A stretch of 64,000 bases of DNA, from positions 96,001 to 160,000 of the forward strand of contig CBDCTZ010000012.1 in assembly GCA_965222375.1 (NCBI GenBank), in the 5' to 3' direction. Below are positions 20,609 through 31,234 of the stretch, piece after piece. A program made the position numbers and the translations under genes. Source of the stretch: Polyangiaceae bacterium (lineage in GTDB: Bacteria; Myxococcota_A; Polyangia; Polyangiales; Polyangiaceae). The first letter of the stretch is position 1, and each line of letters starts with the position of its first letter. The notes below the pieces were generated by a model. That model was not told the DNA's origin, made no database searches, and worked only from the letters and a program-made list of their open reading frames with translations.

Positions 20609-20770
20609 TGGCGGTTTCTTACGACGCTGGCGCCGCGGGGTCGAGAGCGGGCTTTGCTCTGGGTGGGATCTGAGGAAGTGTCGCCCGGGTGAAGCCCAAA
20701 TGCACGCACGCGCCGGCAGCGAGTGACGCAGCGCGGCGCGTGGGTGGCCTGGGCGCGAGGGCCCTTTGGG

Positions 20771-21397
20771 CTATTTCTTGGGAAGTTTGAAGGGCAGCTT
20801 CAGGCGGCCCTTCTTGGGCGGAGCGGCGTCCGGCTTGGGGGGCGCTGCCGCGTCGGGCTTGGGGGCCGCGGCGTCGGGCTTGGCGGCGGCGGCATCAGGT
20901 TTGGGGGCCGCGGCGTCGGGTTTGGGCACGACGACGACACCAGCGTCCTGCTTCTTCACCTTTTCGATGTCGATCTTCAGGACGATGGTGGAGAGGTGCT
21001 TCGAGAGGATCCACGCCGGCGACAGCTCACCGACGCCGGAGGGGTAATCAATCAGAGTCCAATTGCCCATGCGGGCTTTGCGGTTGACCAGGGTGCCGCG
21101 GGATAGGGTCGCCACGTGGTCCACGCTGTCGTCGGCCTCGTTGTAGATCTTGGCGCTGAAGACCCGGACTTTGACGGTGCCCTTCTCTTCGGTCTCCTTG
21201 GAGCCGTAGCGCTTGACCTCGTCCTTCTTCTTGGGCTCTTCCTTCTTGGGCTCTTCCTTGGGAGGTTCGGGTGCTGGCGCAGCCGATGCAACCGGAGGTG
21301 GCGCCTCCTCCTTCTTCTTGCACGCCAAAAGGGCCCCCACCACGAGCGCGGCCGCGCCCAATGTCGTCCACTTGTCCAGCTTCATCATGCCTGGCAT
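20771..21397 (-). CDS. Lipoprotein with SH3b-like domain and (KPDAAA)n tail
   Basis: LLAC lipobox; Pro/Lys/Glu linker; repeated KPDAAA(A)P. Confidence 0.7.
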   Translation of the reverse strand: MPGMMKLDKWTTLGAAALVVGALLACKKKEEAPPPVASAAPAPEPPKEEPKKEEPKKKDEVKRYGSKETEEKGTVKVRVFSAKIYNEADDSVDHVATLSRGTLVNRKARMGNWTLIDYPSGVGELSPAWILSKHLSTIVLKIDIEKVKKQDAGVVVVPKPDAAAPKPDAAAAKPDAAAPKPDAAAPPKPDAAPPKKGRLKLPFKLPKK

Positions 21398-21528
21398 TCC
21401 TCCTAGAAGTTCCGGACCCTAGGCCATTTTGCGCCGTTCGCCCAGACCTGGGCGCCTTGGTGGCAAAGCGCGGAGGAAATCGGCCTGGGTGCCCACGCTG
21501 CGCCGCGAAGCAGCGGGCGGCGGGCCGC

Positions 21529-22398
21529 TCAACGGGCGCGGCGTCTTTTCGTCGCGGTGCGTCGACTCAGCGCTGCGCCGCTTGGGGTCTGCTCGAAAAG
21601 CATGGTGCGCAACGCGCCCGCTGCGGGGCTGAGCAGCTTCTTGCCACGGTGAACGATGCTGAGCTTCCGGCGCAAGGGGGTACGCGGGTGGCGCAGGCGG
21701 TACAGGCGTTGGTTGGCCAACTCGACTTGAACCGCGGCATCGCTGATCAGCGCGATGCCAATGCCGGCGCGAACATGGCGCTTGACCGCGGCGATGCTCG
21801 CTAGCTCCATCACGATTTCGGCGCCGGCGAAGTTGCGGTCCAAGGCCGCTCGCGTACTGGTGCCACTCAGGAAGGTGACGAAGGGTTGTCCCTCGGCACG
21901 GACCCGCTGGGCACCAACCAGGATGAAGGCGTCACCGCCCCAGGGTTCCCCTTCAGTGTCGGGCACGATGGCGAGGTCCAGCTCCCCGCGATCGACTCCC
22001 TGCCGCGATTGCTCGGGAGTCATCTCCGACAGCACGATTCGGATCTTCGGATGCTTCTTCCGGAAGCGAGCCAACACTGGCGGCAACATGTAGGTGGCGA
22101 CGGTTCCGCCAGCGCCGATTCGGACCTCTCCGGTGTCGAGGTCCTCGACTTCACGCACCGCCTGCAGCGCGTCTCCGAAGTTCGCCAACACCGCCTGGGC
22201 GCGTGGCACCAGAGCCCAGCCTGCGGCGGTGGGCTCCGCACCCTTGCGGCCGCGGTGCAGTAGGCGCGATCCAAAGTGAGACTCGAGTCGCTTCAGGGAA
22301 GCCGATAGCGCGGGTTGAGACAAGTGTGCGTAGCGCGCCGCCTCGGTGACCGTGCCGTGCTTCACCACGAGCAGGAAGTGCTGCAACTCATCTAGCAT
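21529..22398 (-). CDS. LysR-family transcriptional regulator
   Basis: TVTEAARYAHLSQPALSASLKRLE HTH plus substrate-binding domain. Confidence 0.95.
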   Translation of the reverse strand: MLDELQHFLLVVKHGTVTEAARYAHLSQPALSASLKRLESHFGSRLLHRGRKGAEPTAAGWALVPRAQAVLANFGDALQAVREVEDLDTGEVRIGAGGTVATYMLPPVLARFRKKHPKIRIVLSEMTPEQSRQGVDRGELDLAIVPDTEGEPWGGDAFILVGAQRVRAEGQPFVTFLSGTSTRAALDRNFAGAEIVMELASIAAVKRHVRAGIGIALISDAAVQVELANQRLYRLRHPRTPLRRKLSIVHRGKKLLSPAAGALRTMLFEQTPSGAALSRRTATKRRRAR

Positions 22399-22413
22399 AA
22401 ACAAATACTATCA

Positions 22414-22435
22414 TAATCAAAAAATATATCGATTA
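22414..22435. promoter_or_regulatory. AT-rich palindrome, candidate LysR operator
   Basis: TAATC-N12-GATTA in the short divergent intergenic gap. Confidence 0.45.
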
Positions 22436-22447
22436 GACGAATGATCG

Positions 22448-23185
22448 GTGCGCCCGCATGGTGGGTGGGTGACCTGGGTGTTGCTGATTTGCATGAGCGT
22501 CTTCGCTGGAGGGCTCAGCACCGTGGCGGGAGCCGGCGGTGGACTCCTGCTGCTGTTGGCGCTGTCGGTCGTGTGGGAGCCGGCGCGGGCTCTAGCCGTG
22601 ACTGCGCCCGCGTTGCTGCTCGGCAACGTGCATCGAGCGGTCAGCCTACGAGGCGCCGCGGACCACGAGGTTGCGAAGACCTTCGCTGTGGGTGCGTTCC
22701 CTGCGGGGCTCCTCGGTGGGTTGCTCGCTGGGGTCATCCCGGGAGCCGTCGTGCAATGGCTGCTGGTGGTCATGACGGCCGCGTCGCTGGTTCGGGCGCT
22801 TCTGCGCTTGCGTATTCAGGTGCCACGGGGCGCGCTCTTCGGTGGCGGTGCTGGCATCGGTTTGCTCACCGGCGCGACCGGTGGTGCTGGCATGTTGGTT
22901 TCGCCGCTTCTGCTCGCGAGAGGGCTGGTCGCGGACCGCTACGTAGCGACCGGCGCGATCTGCGGCGTCGTGCTGCATGTATCGCGCGTGGTCGGCTATG
23001 GCGCGTCTGGCCTGTTCAGCGCTTCGGTTTGGCAGGATGCTGCCCTGGCCACGACCTGTCTGCTCTTCGGGAACCTCGTGGGCATTCGCCTGCGGCCGTG
23101 GGCTCGACGCTTGCCCACGGGCTTGCTGGAGCACGGCGTCTTGCTCGCCGGCGTGTGCGTTGGGGTGGTGGGGGTGTGCCTATGA
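22448..23185 (+). CDS. TauE/SafE (TSUP) family membrane exporter
   Basis: About 8 TM helices, GAGGG and GATGGAG motifs; true start may be GTG 22469. Confidence 0.8.
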   Translation: MRPHGGWVTWVLLICMSVFAGGLSTVAGAGGGLLLLLALSVVWEPARALAVTAPALLLGNVHRAVSLRGAADHEVAKTFAVGAFPAGLLGGLLAGVIPGAVVQWLLVVMTAASLVRALLRLRIQVPRGALFGGGAGIGLLTGATGGAGMLVSPLLLARGLVADRYVATGAICGVVLHVSRVVGYGASGLFSASVWQDAALATTCLLFGNLVGIRLRPWARRLPTGLLEHGVLLAGVCVGVVGVCL

Positions 23186-23195
23186 GGGCCCAAGC

Positions 23196-24533
23196 TCACT
23201 TCGGTGGTGGTGGCGTCGTTTCGCTCACTGGCGGCCGCTTCTGTAGACACTTGTCGATGGCTGCGACCAGTGCTGGATCCGCTTCTTTGGGCAAGCGGGG
23301 GCGACCCATCACGTTGGTCAGCAGTCGGTCCCAGGTAATGCCCCCCGAGGCGGCGAAGCTCATCCAGACGAACATGGCGCGGCCCTTGATGTTGGCGAAG
23401 GGCGCACCGCCACCGCGGCCGTTGTTCCAGGCTCGGGAGTCACTGGAGTTGTTGCGGTTATCGCCGAGGACCCAGACCTCGCCCTCTTTGACCTTGTAGG
23501 GCCCTTGGCGGCCATCGAAGCGCTCCTCTTCAAACAGGGTCAAGTAGGAGTATTCGCCCAGGTACTCGACGAAGAGCTCACCGCGCTTCTTGAAGGCTTC
23601 GTCGCCCTCGGAAAACTCGTAGTGGCCCACACTACAGCTGGGAACTCGCCAACCGTTGATCAGTGGGTGCCCACTTTCGACAGTCAGGGTGTCTCCAGGC
23701 AGCGCGATTACGCGCTTGATGAAGTCCTGGCGCTCGTTCGTTGGATTGGGATCCGGGAACTCGAAGACCATCACGTCGCCGTGCTTTGGCGGTAGGCGCT
23801 TCCAAACTCGGGTCTTGGTGAAAGGGATCGTCGGGCCGTAGATGAACTTGTTGACGAAGATGTGGTCTTGGATCTGCAGCGTTGGCAGCATGCTGCCGCT
23901 GGGGATCTTGAAGGCCTCCACGACGAACGCTCGCAACAACAGGGCGACAGCCACCGCAATGCCGATGGACTCCGCGTACTCCCGCAGCTCGCCTTTGCGC
24001 CAGCGGCCCAAGTGCCGATCCACGAGGGTGGCGCTGTCTTCGAACGCCGCATGAAAAGCGTCGGGGTCGAATCTCTCGGCCTCCATGGTCTCCCGCAACT
24101 CGGAGAGCGCGGCTTCCAGCTTTTCGCGAGCACTCGACGGTACATGGCGAGCGATGGCCTTCTCGTTCTTCTTCCGCAGACGAGCGGTCTCTTCGAGCAG
24201 GTGGGCGGCTTGTTCGAACTCCCGGCGCTGGTCGGGGTGCAGATCTGGCCGGCCGCCCAGCCCAACGCGATCCGCGAAGGGCAGGCTGTAGCGGTAGTGA
24301 TACAGCACCATCTCGAACAACGTGAACAGCACGATGCCCACGGGCACGGGCTGGTCGTGGACCCAGAAGCGCATCTTCTCGAAGCCCGTCGAGTAGGGAT
24401 CAGGGATTGCGGGTTTGAGCAGCCAAATCGTCAGCGCCGCTAGAGCAGCGGGCACGGCCACGAACCAGAGGGCGTAGAATGCGGTGCGGAGCAGCTTGGG
24501 GCTGGTCAATGGGGTGGCTACAGGCTCGGACAA
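23196..24533 (-). CDS. lepB: Signal peptidase I with N-terminal extension
   Basis: FKIPSGSMLPTL, FIKRVIALPGD, LGDNRNNSSDSR. Confidence 0.95.
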   Translation of the reverse strand: MSEPVATPLTSPKLLRTAFYALWFVAVPAALAALTIWLLKPAIPDPYSTGFEKMRFWVHDQPVPVGIVLFTLFEMVLYHYRYSLPFADRVGLGGRPDLHPDQRREFEQAAHLLEETARLRKKNEKAIARHVPSSAREKLEAALSELRETMEAERFDPDAFHAAFEDSATLVDRHLGRWRKGELREYAESIGIAVAVALLLRAFVVEAFKIPSGSMLPTLQIQDHIFVNKFIYGPTIPFTKTRVWKRLPPKHGDVMVFEFPDPNPTNERQDFIKRVIALPGDTLTVESGHPLINGWRVPSCSVGHYEFSEGDEAFKKRGELFVEYLGEYSYLTLFEEERFDGRQGPYKVKEGEVWVLGDNRNNSSDSRAWNNGRGGGAPFANIKGRAMFVWMSFAASGGITWDRLLTNVMGRPRLPKEADPALVAAIDKCLQKRPPVSETTPPPPK

Positions 24534-24691
24534 GGGAGGACCTTGGGGCTTCTACCCGTGCTTTTGCCCCTGGGCAAGCCCGTGGGACAACTCACGGGTC
24601 TTGGCAGCGGGGGGACTGTTCGGGCCCTAGCTGGCGTCGGCAGCGGTCGACAACTCGGATGAGCCGTGGGAGAGCAATGGCTCCTGTCGAG

Positions 24692-26167
24692 TCAGTAGTC
24701 GTAGACAGTCGTGAAAACGTCAACGCCGCTTGGGGTCGTCGTCTCCTTGCCGCCTGGGTGGTCGAAGCGGCTGGTGGTGTGGCCGATGATCGCAAAGCGC
24801 CCGCCGCGAACGTCGACGCCGCGGCAGCGCACCTGACCCGGACCGTCGAACATGCCGTATGTCAGGACCGCCCCGTCTTGGTCCAGGACGAGTGCCCACC
24901 CGTTCACGGTTGTGGCGTTGGCTGGTGAGAAGGTCCCGCTGCCGAAATGGACGTCGCCCGTGCCTTCTCCCACGGCGAAGATGTGACCTTGTTCGTCCGT
25001 TTCCAGGTCAAAGAGATGCACCTTGTTGGTGCCCGTGATGGGTCGTACCCAGACCACGGTCCCGTCGCGTCGGATGCGACTCAAGAACGCGTTCGCAACG
25101 TTCCCGCCGGGCGCGATACTCTGCGAGCCGATCTTCGTCGCCTCGTCGAAACTTGCTCCAACCACGACCGAGCCGTCGGGCAGCGAGGCGACGGTCCAGG
25201 CTTCGAGCGCGCCGGAGTCGCCGAAGCTGAACACGTCCTTCGGTGTGCCGGTGGCATCAAACCACGCCACGATCACACTCTGATTGGGCGGTACTAGGGG
25301 AAAGTTGGTCATCTTGCCGCCGTTGCTGCCGACAACCACGATCTCCGTGCTGGTGGTGGCAATGTCGTTGCAGAGCAAGGGGCCCGTGGAAGTGATTCGA
25401 GAGCCCCAATTGCTGCTCGACAGCTGCTTGGCGACCAAGCAGGAGTTGCCCCCGCTGGAGGACGCGAGGGGGATTCCGTTGATCGACGTGTCGGAGGAGT
25501 TGGACCAGCCGCTGAAGTAGACGCCATCGAGAGCGGTTGCGTCGGTGTTGGTCACGCCGGTGATGCGTTCTGTCGAGAAACCCGATGCATAGACCACCTC
25601 GACGCTCGATGACTTGACCACGGCCAGCAGGCCATCGTTGCTCTGGCCTTTGTAGCCGTTCTGGAACGGGGAGGCCACCAAGAAGCTACCCGCGATGAGG
25701 GGGTATTGGCTCGTAACACCCACGCTGAGGTCGAGGGCGGCGGATTGGTGGCCGGACTCGGCACCGGTGAAGCTCCTCGGCGAGCCCGACCCGCCAGTAG
25801 GGTTGAATTCCGCCAGGCGGATGTGTGATCCGTTGGGATCGTCAAACACCGAATAGACTCCCCGGTCGGCGCGAACCCCAACGTCTCCGGCGCGTTGGTT
25901 GTCGGGCAGGTTGGTCAACTTCAGCCACTGGAATGTGGGCGAGATGGGTCCCGCGTCCGCCAAAGCACCGCCGGTACCGGCTGCGCCTCCCATGGAACCA
26001 GCGCTGCCCCCAGCGCCACTCGCAGCTCCAGTTCCGGCGCTGCCTCCTCCACTACCTGCAGCGCCACCGCTGCTGGCCGCGTCCGGCGTCCCCACGGCGT
26101 TGAACTCCGGCGTACTGCAAGCACTAAGCAGTGCCGCACTTGCCACGAGCAGAACCAGCCGCATCAC
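24692..26167 (-). CDS. Lipoprotein with Gly/Ala linker and probable beta-propeller
   Basis: LSAC lipobox; repeated DG.V.W / I.VVG blades. Confidence 0.75.
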   Translation of the reverse strand: MMRLVLLVASAALLSACSTPEFNAVGTPDAASSGGAAGSGGGSAGTGAASGAGGSAGSMGGAAGTGGALADAGPISPTFQWLKLTNLPDNQRAGDVGVRADRGVYSVFDDPNGSHIRLAEFNPTGGSGSPRSFTGAESGHQSAALDLSVGVTSQYPLIAGSFLVASPFQNGYKGQSNDGLLAVVKSSSVEVVYASGFSTERITGVTNTDATALDGVYFSGWSNSSDTSINGIPLASSSGGNSCLVAKQLSSSNWGSRITSTGPLLCNDIATTSTEIVVVGSNGGKMTNFPLVPPNQSVIVAWFDATGTPKDVFSFGDSGALEAWTVASLPDGSVVVGASFDEATKIGSQSIAPGGNVANAFLSRIRRDGTVVWVRPITGTNKVHLFDLETDEQGHIFAVGEGTGDVHFGSGTFSPANATTVNGWALVLDQDGAVLTYGMFDGPGQVRCRGVDVRGGRFAIIGHTTSRFDHPGGKETTTPSGVDVFTTVYDY

Positions 26168-26205
26168 CAGAGTCTAGGTGAGGCGACGGGGTGCTTCAAT
26201 CGCGA

Positions 26206-27282
26206 TCACGGCGCGTCATCTAACTGCACCGCATAGTCTACCTTTGCCGCCCGGTCGTCGCCCGCAACTGCTGGGGGCATGGTGCGACCGACCTGCGCGC
26301 TGTGATCGACCACTAGATAGTAGAGGCCCTTGGGGGCGTTGACGAAACGCTTCCAGGGGCGCCCTTGCACCAGAGGATCGTCGAGGCGTGGCGGCGCGGG
26401 CAGGGCGGCGGCGCCAGGGTTTTTGACGTAATGCTCGATCATTTGGTCCCCGAGGTTTTTCGGCACCAGGAAGATGTCCACGCCTGGGGCGCCATCGACG
26501 GTCATGGTCAGATAGAAGGCTTGGTCGTCGTCTTCGACTTCGAAGCCGCCAATGAAATCCTGCTGGCCGGTATGCACTTCGGTACGGTCGTTGGCCAGAG
26601 TGATGCGTTCGCTCTTGATGAAGAAGGGTTTGAAGGGCTTGCGCCCCTTGGGTACGTAGCCCGTGGCGAAGTCCGTGGAGCCGTCGCTGTCGTAGCGGAT
26701 CACAGTGAAGCCACGGCGGAGCTGGGCTTCGACGATCTGGCGACCGAGTTGATCGGGGTTGATGCCGGTCAGTGCCATGCCGCCGCGGGCGAAGGAACTC
26801 TCCACTAGCGTGGTCTGGAAGGTATTCGCATCGACCTTGCGCGGGCGGAAGTAGATGTACATCGCGCCGTCGTCATCAAGTTGGAAGTCCGGCGCGTACT
26901 CGATCAGTCCGGCAGCTGTAAACCCGATGCGGCCGCTCAGGTTCGTCCAACCGTAGCCCCTGCCCGTGTATTGCACGACCAGGCTCTTGCGGCTGTCATC
27001 GTCGATCACGGTTTGGTTGCAGCTATTGGCGAAGAACCGCCCCACCACCGGTTGATCGTCGGCCAGCTTCAGGGGCGCGCCTCGTCGAGTCATCTCGAAG
27101 CAGAAGCGCTCCAGGCCGAACTTCAGGATGTCAAAGCGTAGGGATTTGTTTTTTGGGTTGTTGATGACACCCGGACCGAGAACGCCCATGGCGCTGGCAC
27201 CCACAGTCTCCTTTTTGGGGCAGCCCGAGAGCATCAGGGACGTGAGCGCGACGAGTGTCAGAAGGACAATGCGGCGGAACAT
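26206..27282 (-). CDS. Hypothetical lipoprotein
   Basis: LSGC lipobox; 358-aa ORF. Confidence 0.8.
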   Translation of the reverse strand: MFRRIVLLTLVALTSLMLSGCPKKETVGASAMGVLGPGVINNPKNKSLRFDILKFGLERFCFEMTRRGAPLKLADDQPVVGRFFANSCNQTVIDDDSRKSLVVQYTGRGYGWTNLSGRIGFTAAGLIEYAPDFQLDDDGAMYIYFRPRKVDANTFQTTLVESSFARGGMALTGINPDQLGRQIVEAQLRRGFTVIRYDSDGSTDFATGYVPKGRKPFKPFFIKSERITLANDRTEVHTGQQDFIGGFEVEDDDQAFYLTMTVDGAPGVDIFLVPKNLGDQMIEHYVKNPGAAALPAPPRLDDPLVQGRPWKRFVNAPKGLYYLVVDHSAQVGRTMPPAVAGDDRAAKVDYAVQLDDAP

Positions 27283-27378
27283 TTCGACTAACCATAGATC
27301 CGAAAGCGCTGATGGTGGAAAGAGGCCAGGAAAACTGCGTTGACATGGCGCCCTGGAGGGGAAATAGCTGGGCGTTGC

Positions 27379-28383
27379 ATGGGTCAGGTCACGGTCGTCG
27401 GGTCAGGTGCGTGGGGAACGGCGCTCGCGAACTTGCTCGCGCGCCAAGGGGAGCAGGTGTTCTTGTGGGCGTGGCAAGCAGCGCACGCCACGGCCATGGC
27501 TCGCGACCGTGAGAACCGAGAGTTCTTCCCGGGTAACCCTTTGCATGACAGTGTCACGCCGGTCTCGGGTACCCAGGATGGATTCCAGGGTAGCGATTTG
27601 ATCGTGCTGGTTGTTCCGTCCCACGCCATGCGGGCGACGCTGACCGATCTGCGTGATTGTATTCCGGGGGACGCGGCGCTGGTCAGCGCCACCAAGGGAA
27701 TCGAAAACGACTCCCTGATGCTGATGAGCGAAGTTGTCGAGGAGGTCTTGGGTCCAGAGGTTCAGCCGCGCTGCGCGTTCCTCTCCGGGCCGAGCTTCGC
27801 GAAAGAGGTGGAGCGGCTGATGCCCACGAACGTGGTAGTGGCGGGGGCGGACGAGGCGCTCGTTCAGCAGGTGCAGCGGCGATTCGCTACCGAGCGCTTC
27901 CGCGTTTACGCTAGCGACGATCCCGTCGGCGTAGAAGTGGGCGGCGCGACGAAGAACGTCATCGCGATTGCCGCGGGCGCTTGTGACGGTCTCGGCTTCG
28001 GGCACAACACTCGGGCGGCACTCATCACGCGAGGTTTGGTGGAGATTTCCCGCATCGCCGTGGCTAAGGGCGGCAGCCCTCGGACCTTGGGCGGATTGGC
28101 TGGAATGGGCGACCTAGTTCTAACCTGCACTGGGGACTTGAGTCGGAACCGAACCGTCGGGCTGCAAATGGGGCAGGGCCGAACTTTGGACGAAGTATTG
28201 GTTGCGCTGGGCCATGTGGCAGAGGGCGTAAGGACGGCGCGCAGCACCTACCACTTGGCGCAACGCTTGGGAGTCGAGCTTCCGATCTGCAACGAGGTCT
28301 ACCGAGTGCTCTACGAGAACAAGCCGCCGCTCCAGGCGGTGCAAGACGTACTGACGCGTCCGCTGAAAAAGGAATTCGACTGA
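27379..28383 (+). CDS. gpsA: NAD(P)H-dependent glycerol-3-phosphate dehydrogenase
   Basis: GSGAWGTA, TKGIE, SGPSFA, KNVIAIAAG, GDLVLTC..SRN. Confidence 0.97.
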   Translation: MGQVTVVGSGAWGTALANLLARQGEQVFLWAWQAAHATAMARDRENREFFPGNPLHDSVTPVSGTQDGFQGSDLIVLVVPSHAMRATLTDLRDCIPGDAALVSATKGIENDSLMLMSEVVEEVLGPEVQPRCAFLSGPSFAKEVERLMPTNVVVAGADEALVQQVQRRFATERFRVYASDDPVGVEVGGATKNVIAIAAGACDGLGFGHNTRAALITRGLVEISRIAVAKGGSPRTLGGLAGMGDLVLTCTGDLSRNRTVGLQMGQGRTLDEVLVALGHVAEGVRTARSTYHLAQRLGVELPICNEVYRVLYENKPPLQAVQDVLTRPLKKEFD

Positions 28384-28560
28384 GGGCTGCGGTCCAACAT
28401 CGCCACTTGCCCCGCCGGCTATCCGAACCGAGAGCTCGTCTACTGACCGAGAGTCAGAGCGAAACTTGCAGCGCCGTCGTGAGTGAAATGACCGGCGTCA
28501 GGCGTCATCCCACATTGTGTGTTTCGGACTCGCGTCTGCACATCCGCTATACTCTGGGCA

Positions 28561-29844
28561 ATGCGTGCTCTTCAGCGTCTCGTCGCGGGCGTCGCCTTCA
28601 CGCTGACCGCGGTGGTCCTTGCTGCTTGTTCCTTTTCCTCTCTGGATGAGCTGAAGGAAAACGCCAATCTCAGCGCGGACGCTGGGGGCGGACAAGGTGG
28701 CGCGGGCGGGCAAGGCGCGACATCGGGCGCGGGGGGCATGGGTGGGGGCGCCGGCTGCAAGGCGGACACCTGCGAATCCCTGGGTGCCGCTTGCGGGGAA
28801 GTGAGCGATTCCTGCGGTGGCACGCTCAGCTGTGGGGACTGCACGCTCGGCGAGTTTTGCGGCGGCGGCGGCCCGTATCAATGCGGCACGACCGTCTGCA
28901 AGCCCGCCACCTGCGCCGCCCTTGGCGCAAACTGCGGCACGGTTTCCGATGGCTGTAGCGCCGTGATCGACTGCGGGGACTGCACCGCCCCGAACACCTG
29001 CTCTGGTGGAGGCATGGCCAATGTCTGCGGTTGCACGCCGAAGACCTGTGCGGACTTGGGCGCGAATTGCGGCACCATCGACGATGGCTGCGGCAATACG
29101 CTGTCTTGCGGCGTTTGCAGCGGCAACGAGAAATGCACTGCCAACACATGTGGCTGCACGAAGACGACCTGTCAGGCGCAGGGTGCAGAATGTGGGGCCG
29201 TGCCCGACGCCTGTGGCGGCACACTAGACTGTGGAAGCTGTAGCGGCTCTCAGATTTGTGGCGGAGCAGGAGCGAACAAGTGCGGTTCGGCGCCCTGCGT
29301 GCCGAAGACTTGCAGCTCCGAAGGTGCAACCTGCGGTGGCATCAGTGACGGATGTGGCAAGACTCTCAATTGCGGGTCCTGTGCGAAACCCCAGACCTGC
29401 GGCGGAAGCGGAACGGCGAACAAGTGCGGTTGCACGCCGAAGACCTGTTCACAGCTCGGCAAGAACTGTGGCAGCGTCAGTGACGGTTGCGGCAAGACGC
29501 TCAGCTGCGGCTCCTGCAAACTCCCGCAAAGCTGCGGTGGTGGCGGGACATCGAACGTATGCGGCTGCACTGCGGGCAGCCCTTGCGCCAACAAGAACTG
29601 CGGTACCGTCACCGACGGCTGTGGCAAGAGCGTGAGCTGTGGCACCTGTACCGCGCCGGAAACCTGCGGTGGGGGTGGCTCCGCGAACAACTGCGGCTGC
29701 AAGCCCAAGAAGTTCTGCACCAACGAGTGCGGTTCCGAGCCCGACGGCTGCGGGGGCACGCTGAGTTGCGGTATCTGCGAGCCAGGCTACAAATGCTTGG
29801 GTGGCAACTGCGAATGCATCAAGTCGCCCTGCATTCCCTTCTGA
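28561..29844 (+). CDS. Cys-rich repeat lipoprotein (8 repeats of about 41-47 aa)
   Basis: LAAC lipobox; repeats C.PKTC..LG.NCG...DGCG.TL.CG.C..P..CGGGG..N.CG. Confidence 0.88.
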   Translation: MRALQRLVAGVAFTLTAVVLAACSFSSLDELKENANLSADAGGGQGGAGGQGATSGAGGMGGGAGCKADTCESLGAACGEVSDSCGGTLSCGDCTLGEFCGGGGPYQCGTTVCKPATCAALGANCGTVSDGCSAVIDCGDCTAPNTCSGGGMANVCGCTPKTCADLGANCGTIDDGCGNTLSCGVCSGNEKCTANTCGCTKTTCQAQGAECGAVPDACGGTLDCGSCSGSQICGGAGANKCGSAPCVPKTCSSEGATCGGISDGCGKTLNCGSCAKPQTCGGSGTANKCGCTPKTCSQLGKNCGSVSDGCGKTLSCGSCKLPQSCGGGGTSNVCGCTAGSPCANKNCGTVTDGCGKSVSCGTCTAPETCGGGGSANNCGCKPKKFCTNECGSEPDGCGGTLSCGICEPGYKCLGGNCECIKSPCIPF

Positions 29845-29911
29845 GAGGCGCCCTTTGACCGAGGCCCCTTGCAACTCGGGCAAGGTCGGACAATCGTCTT
29901 GGGCAGTGACC

Positions 29912-31012
29912 ATGCTTTCTGTTCGAGGGGCTCTCGTCGCCACGCTCTTCAGCGGCGCAGTGGCCGCCCAAGGCTATCCCCAGCCGCCTCCGCCGGGGTA
30001 CGGCCAGCAGCCCCCGCCGGGATATGGTCAACGGCCGCCTGGATACGGGCAGCCACCACCGCGTGGCTATGGGCAGCAGCCACGCCCGGGCTACGGGCAG
30101 CCACCTCCGGGAGGCTACCGTTTGAGCCGAGCGGCACAGCGCTCCAAGAAGCGAACCGACCTCGAGATCGGCTTCCTGTACACCACAGCTGTCGCCTACG
30201 GCGTCGGCATGGGCGTTTGGTTTTCGGCGGAGGTCGGGATTGAAGACCCGGGTGTGTTCTTGATTCCGCCTGCGCTGCTCGGCGTGGCCGCACCGGTTGG
30301 GGTGTGGTTTCTCGATGACCCGGAAATGGATCGCGGAATGCCTGCGTCGATCGCCGCCGGAATGGCCATCGGGGCGGGCGAGGGGATCGGCATCGCGAGC
30401 TACCAATTCGTGACCGCAGACGAGGAGGACGCCTGGGGATTCAAGGGTCTCGCGCGGAGCACCGCGTTGGGGGCCACCCTAGGAGGCGTGGGGGGCTACG
30501 CCGTTGGCTACTATTTGGAACCTTCGCCCAAGAGCACCATGCTGACGACGAGTGCGGTGATGTGGGGGGCTACCATAGGCAGCATGTACGGCTACGGTGC
30601 CAGCGAGGCGGGTGTCGGCTATGGAATCGCGAACGACGACGCGTCCCTGGGAGGCCTCATCGGCTACAACATCGGCCTCGCGGCCGGTGCTGCTACGGGC
30701 GCCCTTTACATCCCCACCTGGGAGCAATTGGGGTGGATGTGGGGTGGGGCCGGGGTCGGTGCCGCCGTGAGCCTGCCCGTGTTCCTATTCTATGCAGGCG
30801 ATGACGGTCCGCCAGCCAAGCGAGGCTTCCTCTTCATGGGCACCGCGACGGCCCTCGGCATCGCTGCCGGAGCCGTGTTCGGTTCTGGCTACCAGGACGA
30901 GTACGAAATCGGCGAATCGGACGACAGTCCGCTGTTCGCTCAAATCACCGCCATCGGCCCGATGGCGCACCCGGGCGCCATCGGCGTCGAAATCGGCGGG
31001 CTACTCTTCTAG
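29912..31012 (+). CDS. Hypothetical multi-TM protein with N-terminal (PPPGYGQ)n repeats
   Basis: Signal peptide, Pro/Gly/Tyr/Gln repeats, Gly-rich hydrophobic helices. Confidence 0.78.
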   Translation: MLSVRGALVATLFSGAVAAQGYPQPPPPGYGQQPPPGYGQRPPGYGQPPPRGYGQQPRPGYGQPPPGGYRLSRAAQRSKKRTDLEIGFLYTTAVAYGVGMGVWFSAEVGIEDPGVFLIPPALLGVAAPVGVWFLDDPEMDRGMPASIAAGMAIGAGEGIGIASYQFVTADEEDAWGFKGLARSTALGATLGGVGGYAVGYYLEPSPKSTMLTTSAVMWGATIGSMYGYGASEAGVGYGIANDDASLGGLIGYNIGLAAGAATGALYIPTWEQLGWMWGGAGVGAAVSLPVFLFYAGDDGPPAKRGFLFMGTATALGIAAGAVFGSGYQDEYEIGESDDSPLFAQITAIGPMAHPGAIGVEIGGLLF

Positions 31013-31234
31013 CTGCTTGGTGGCGGCCGCGAGTTCTTCCATCTCCTCTTCAGGGATGGGCTGCGGTCCGGGCACGATGTGAGCAATGTCAGGGTCGACG
31101 TCACTCGCGACAGCCTCCGGGCTGTCGTCCTTCTCGACCTTTCGCTGCTCGCGTTTCTGAGCTTTTTCGCGCTTCTTTTCTCGCTTGGCGCGTTCCCTCT
31201 GTCGTTTCGAAAAAGTGGTTCCGCTAGATCGCAA
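31001..31234 (-). CDS. Small hypothetical protein (basic N-terminus, DPDIAHIVPGPQP motif)
   Basis: GGAGG SD before TTG 31234; TFSKRQRE...DPDIA.IVPGPQP pattern. Confidence 0.7.
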   Translation of the reverse strand: MRSSGTTFSKRQRERAKREKKREKAQKREQRKVEKDDSPEAVASDVDPDIAHIVPGPQPIPEEEMEELAAATKQLEE

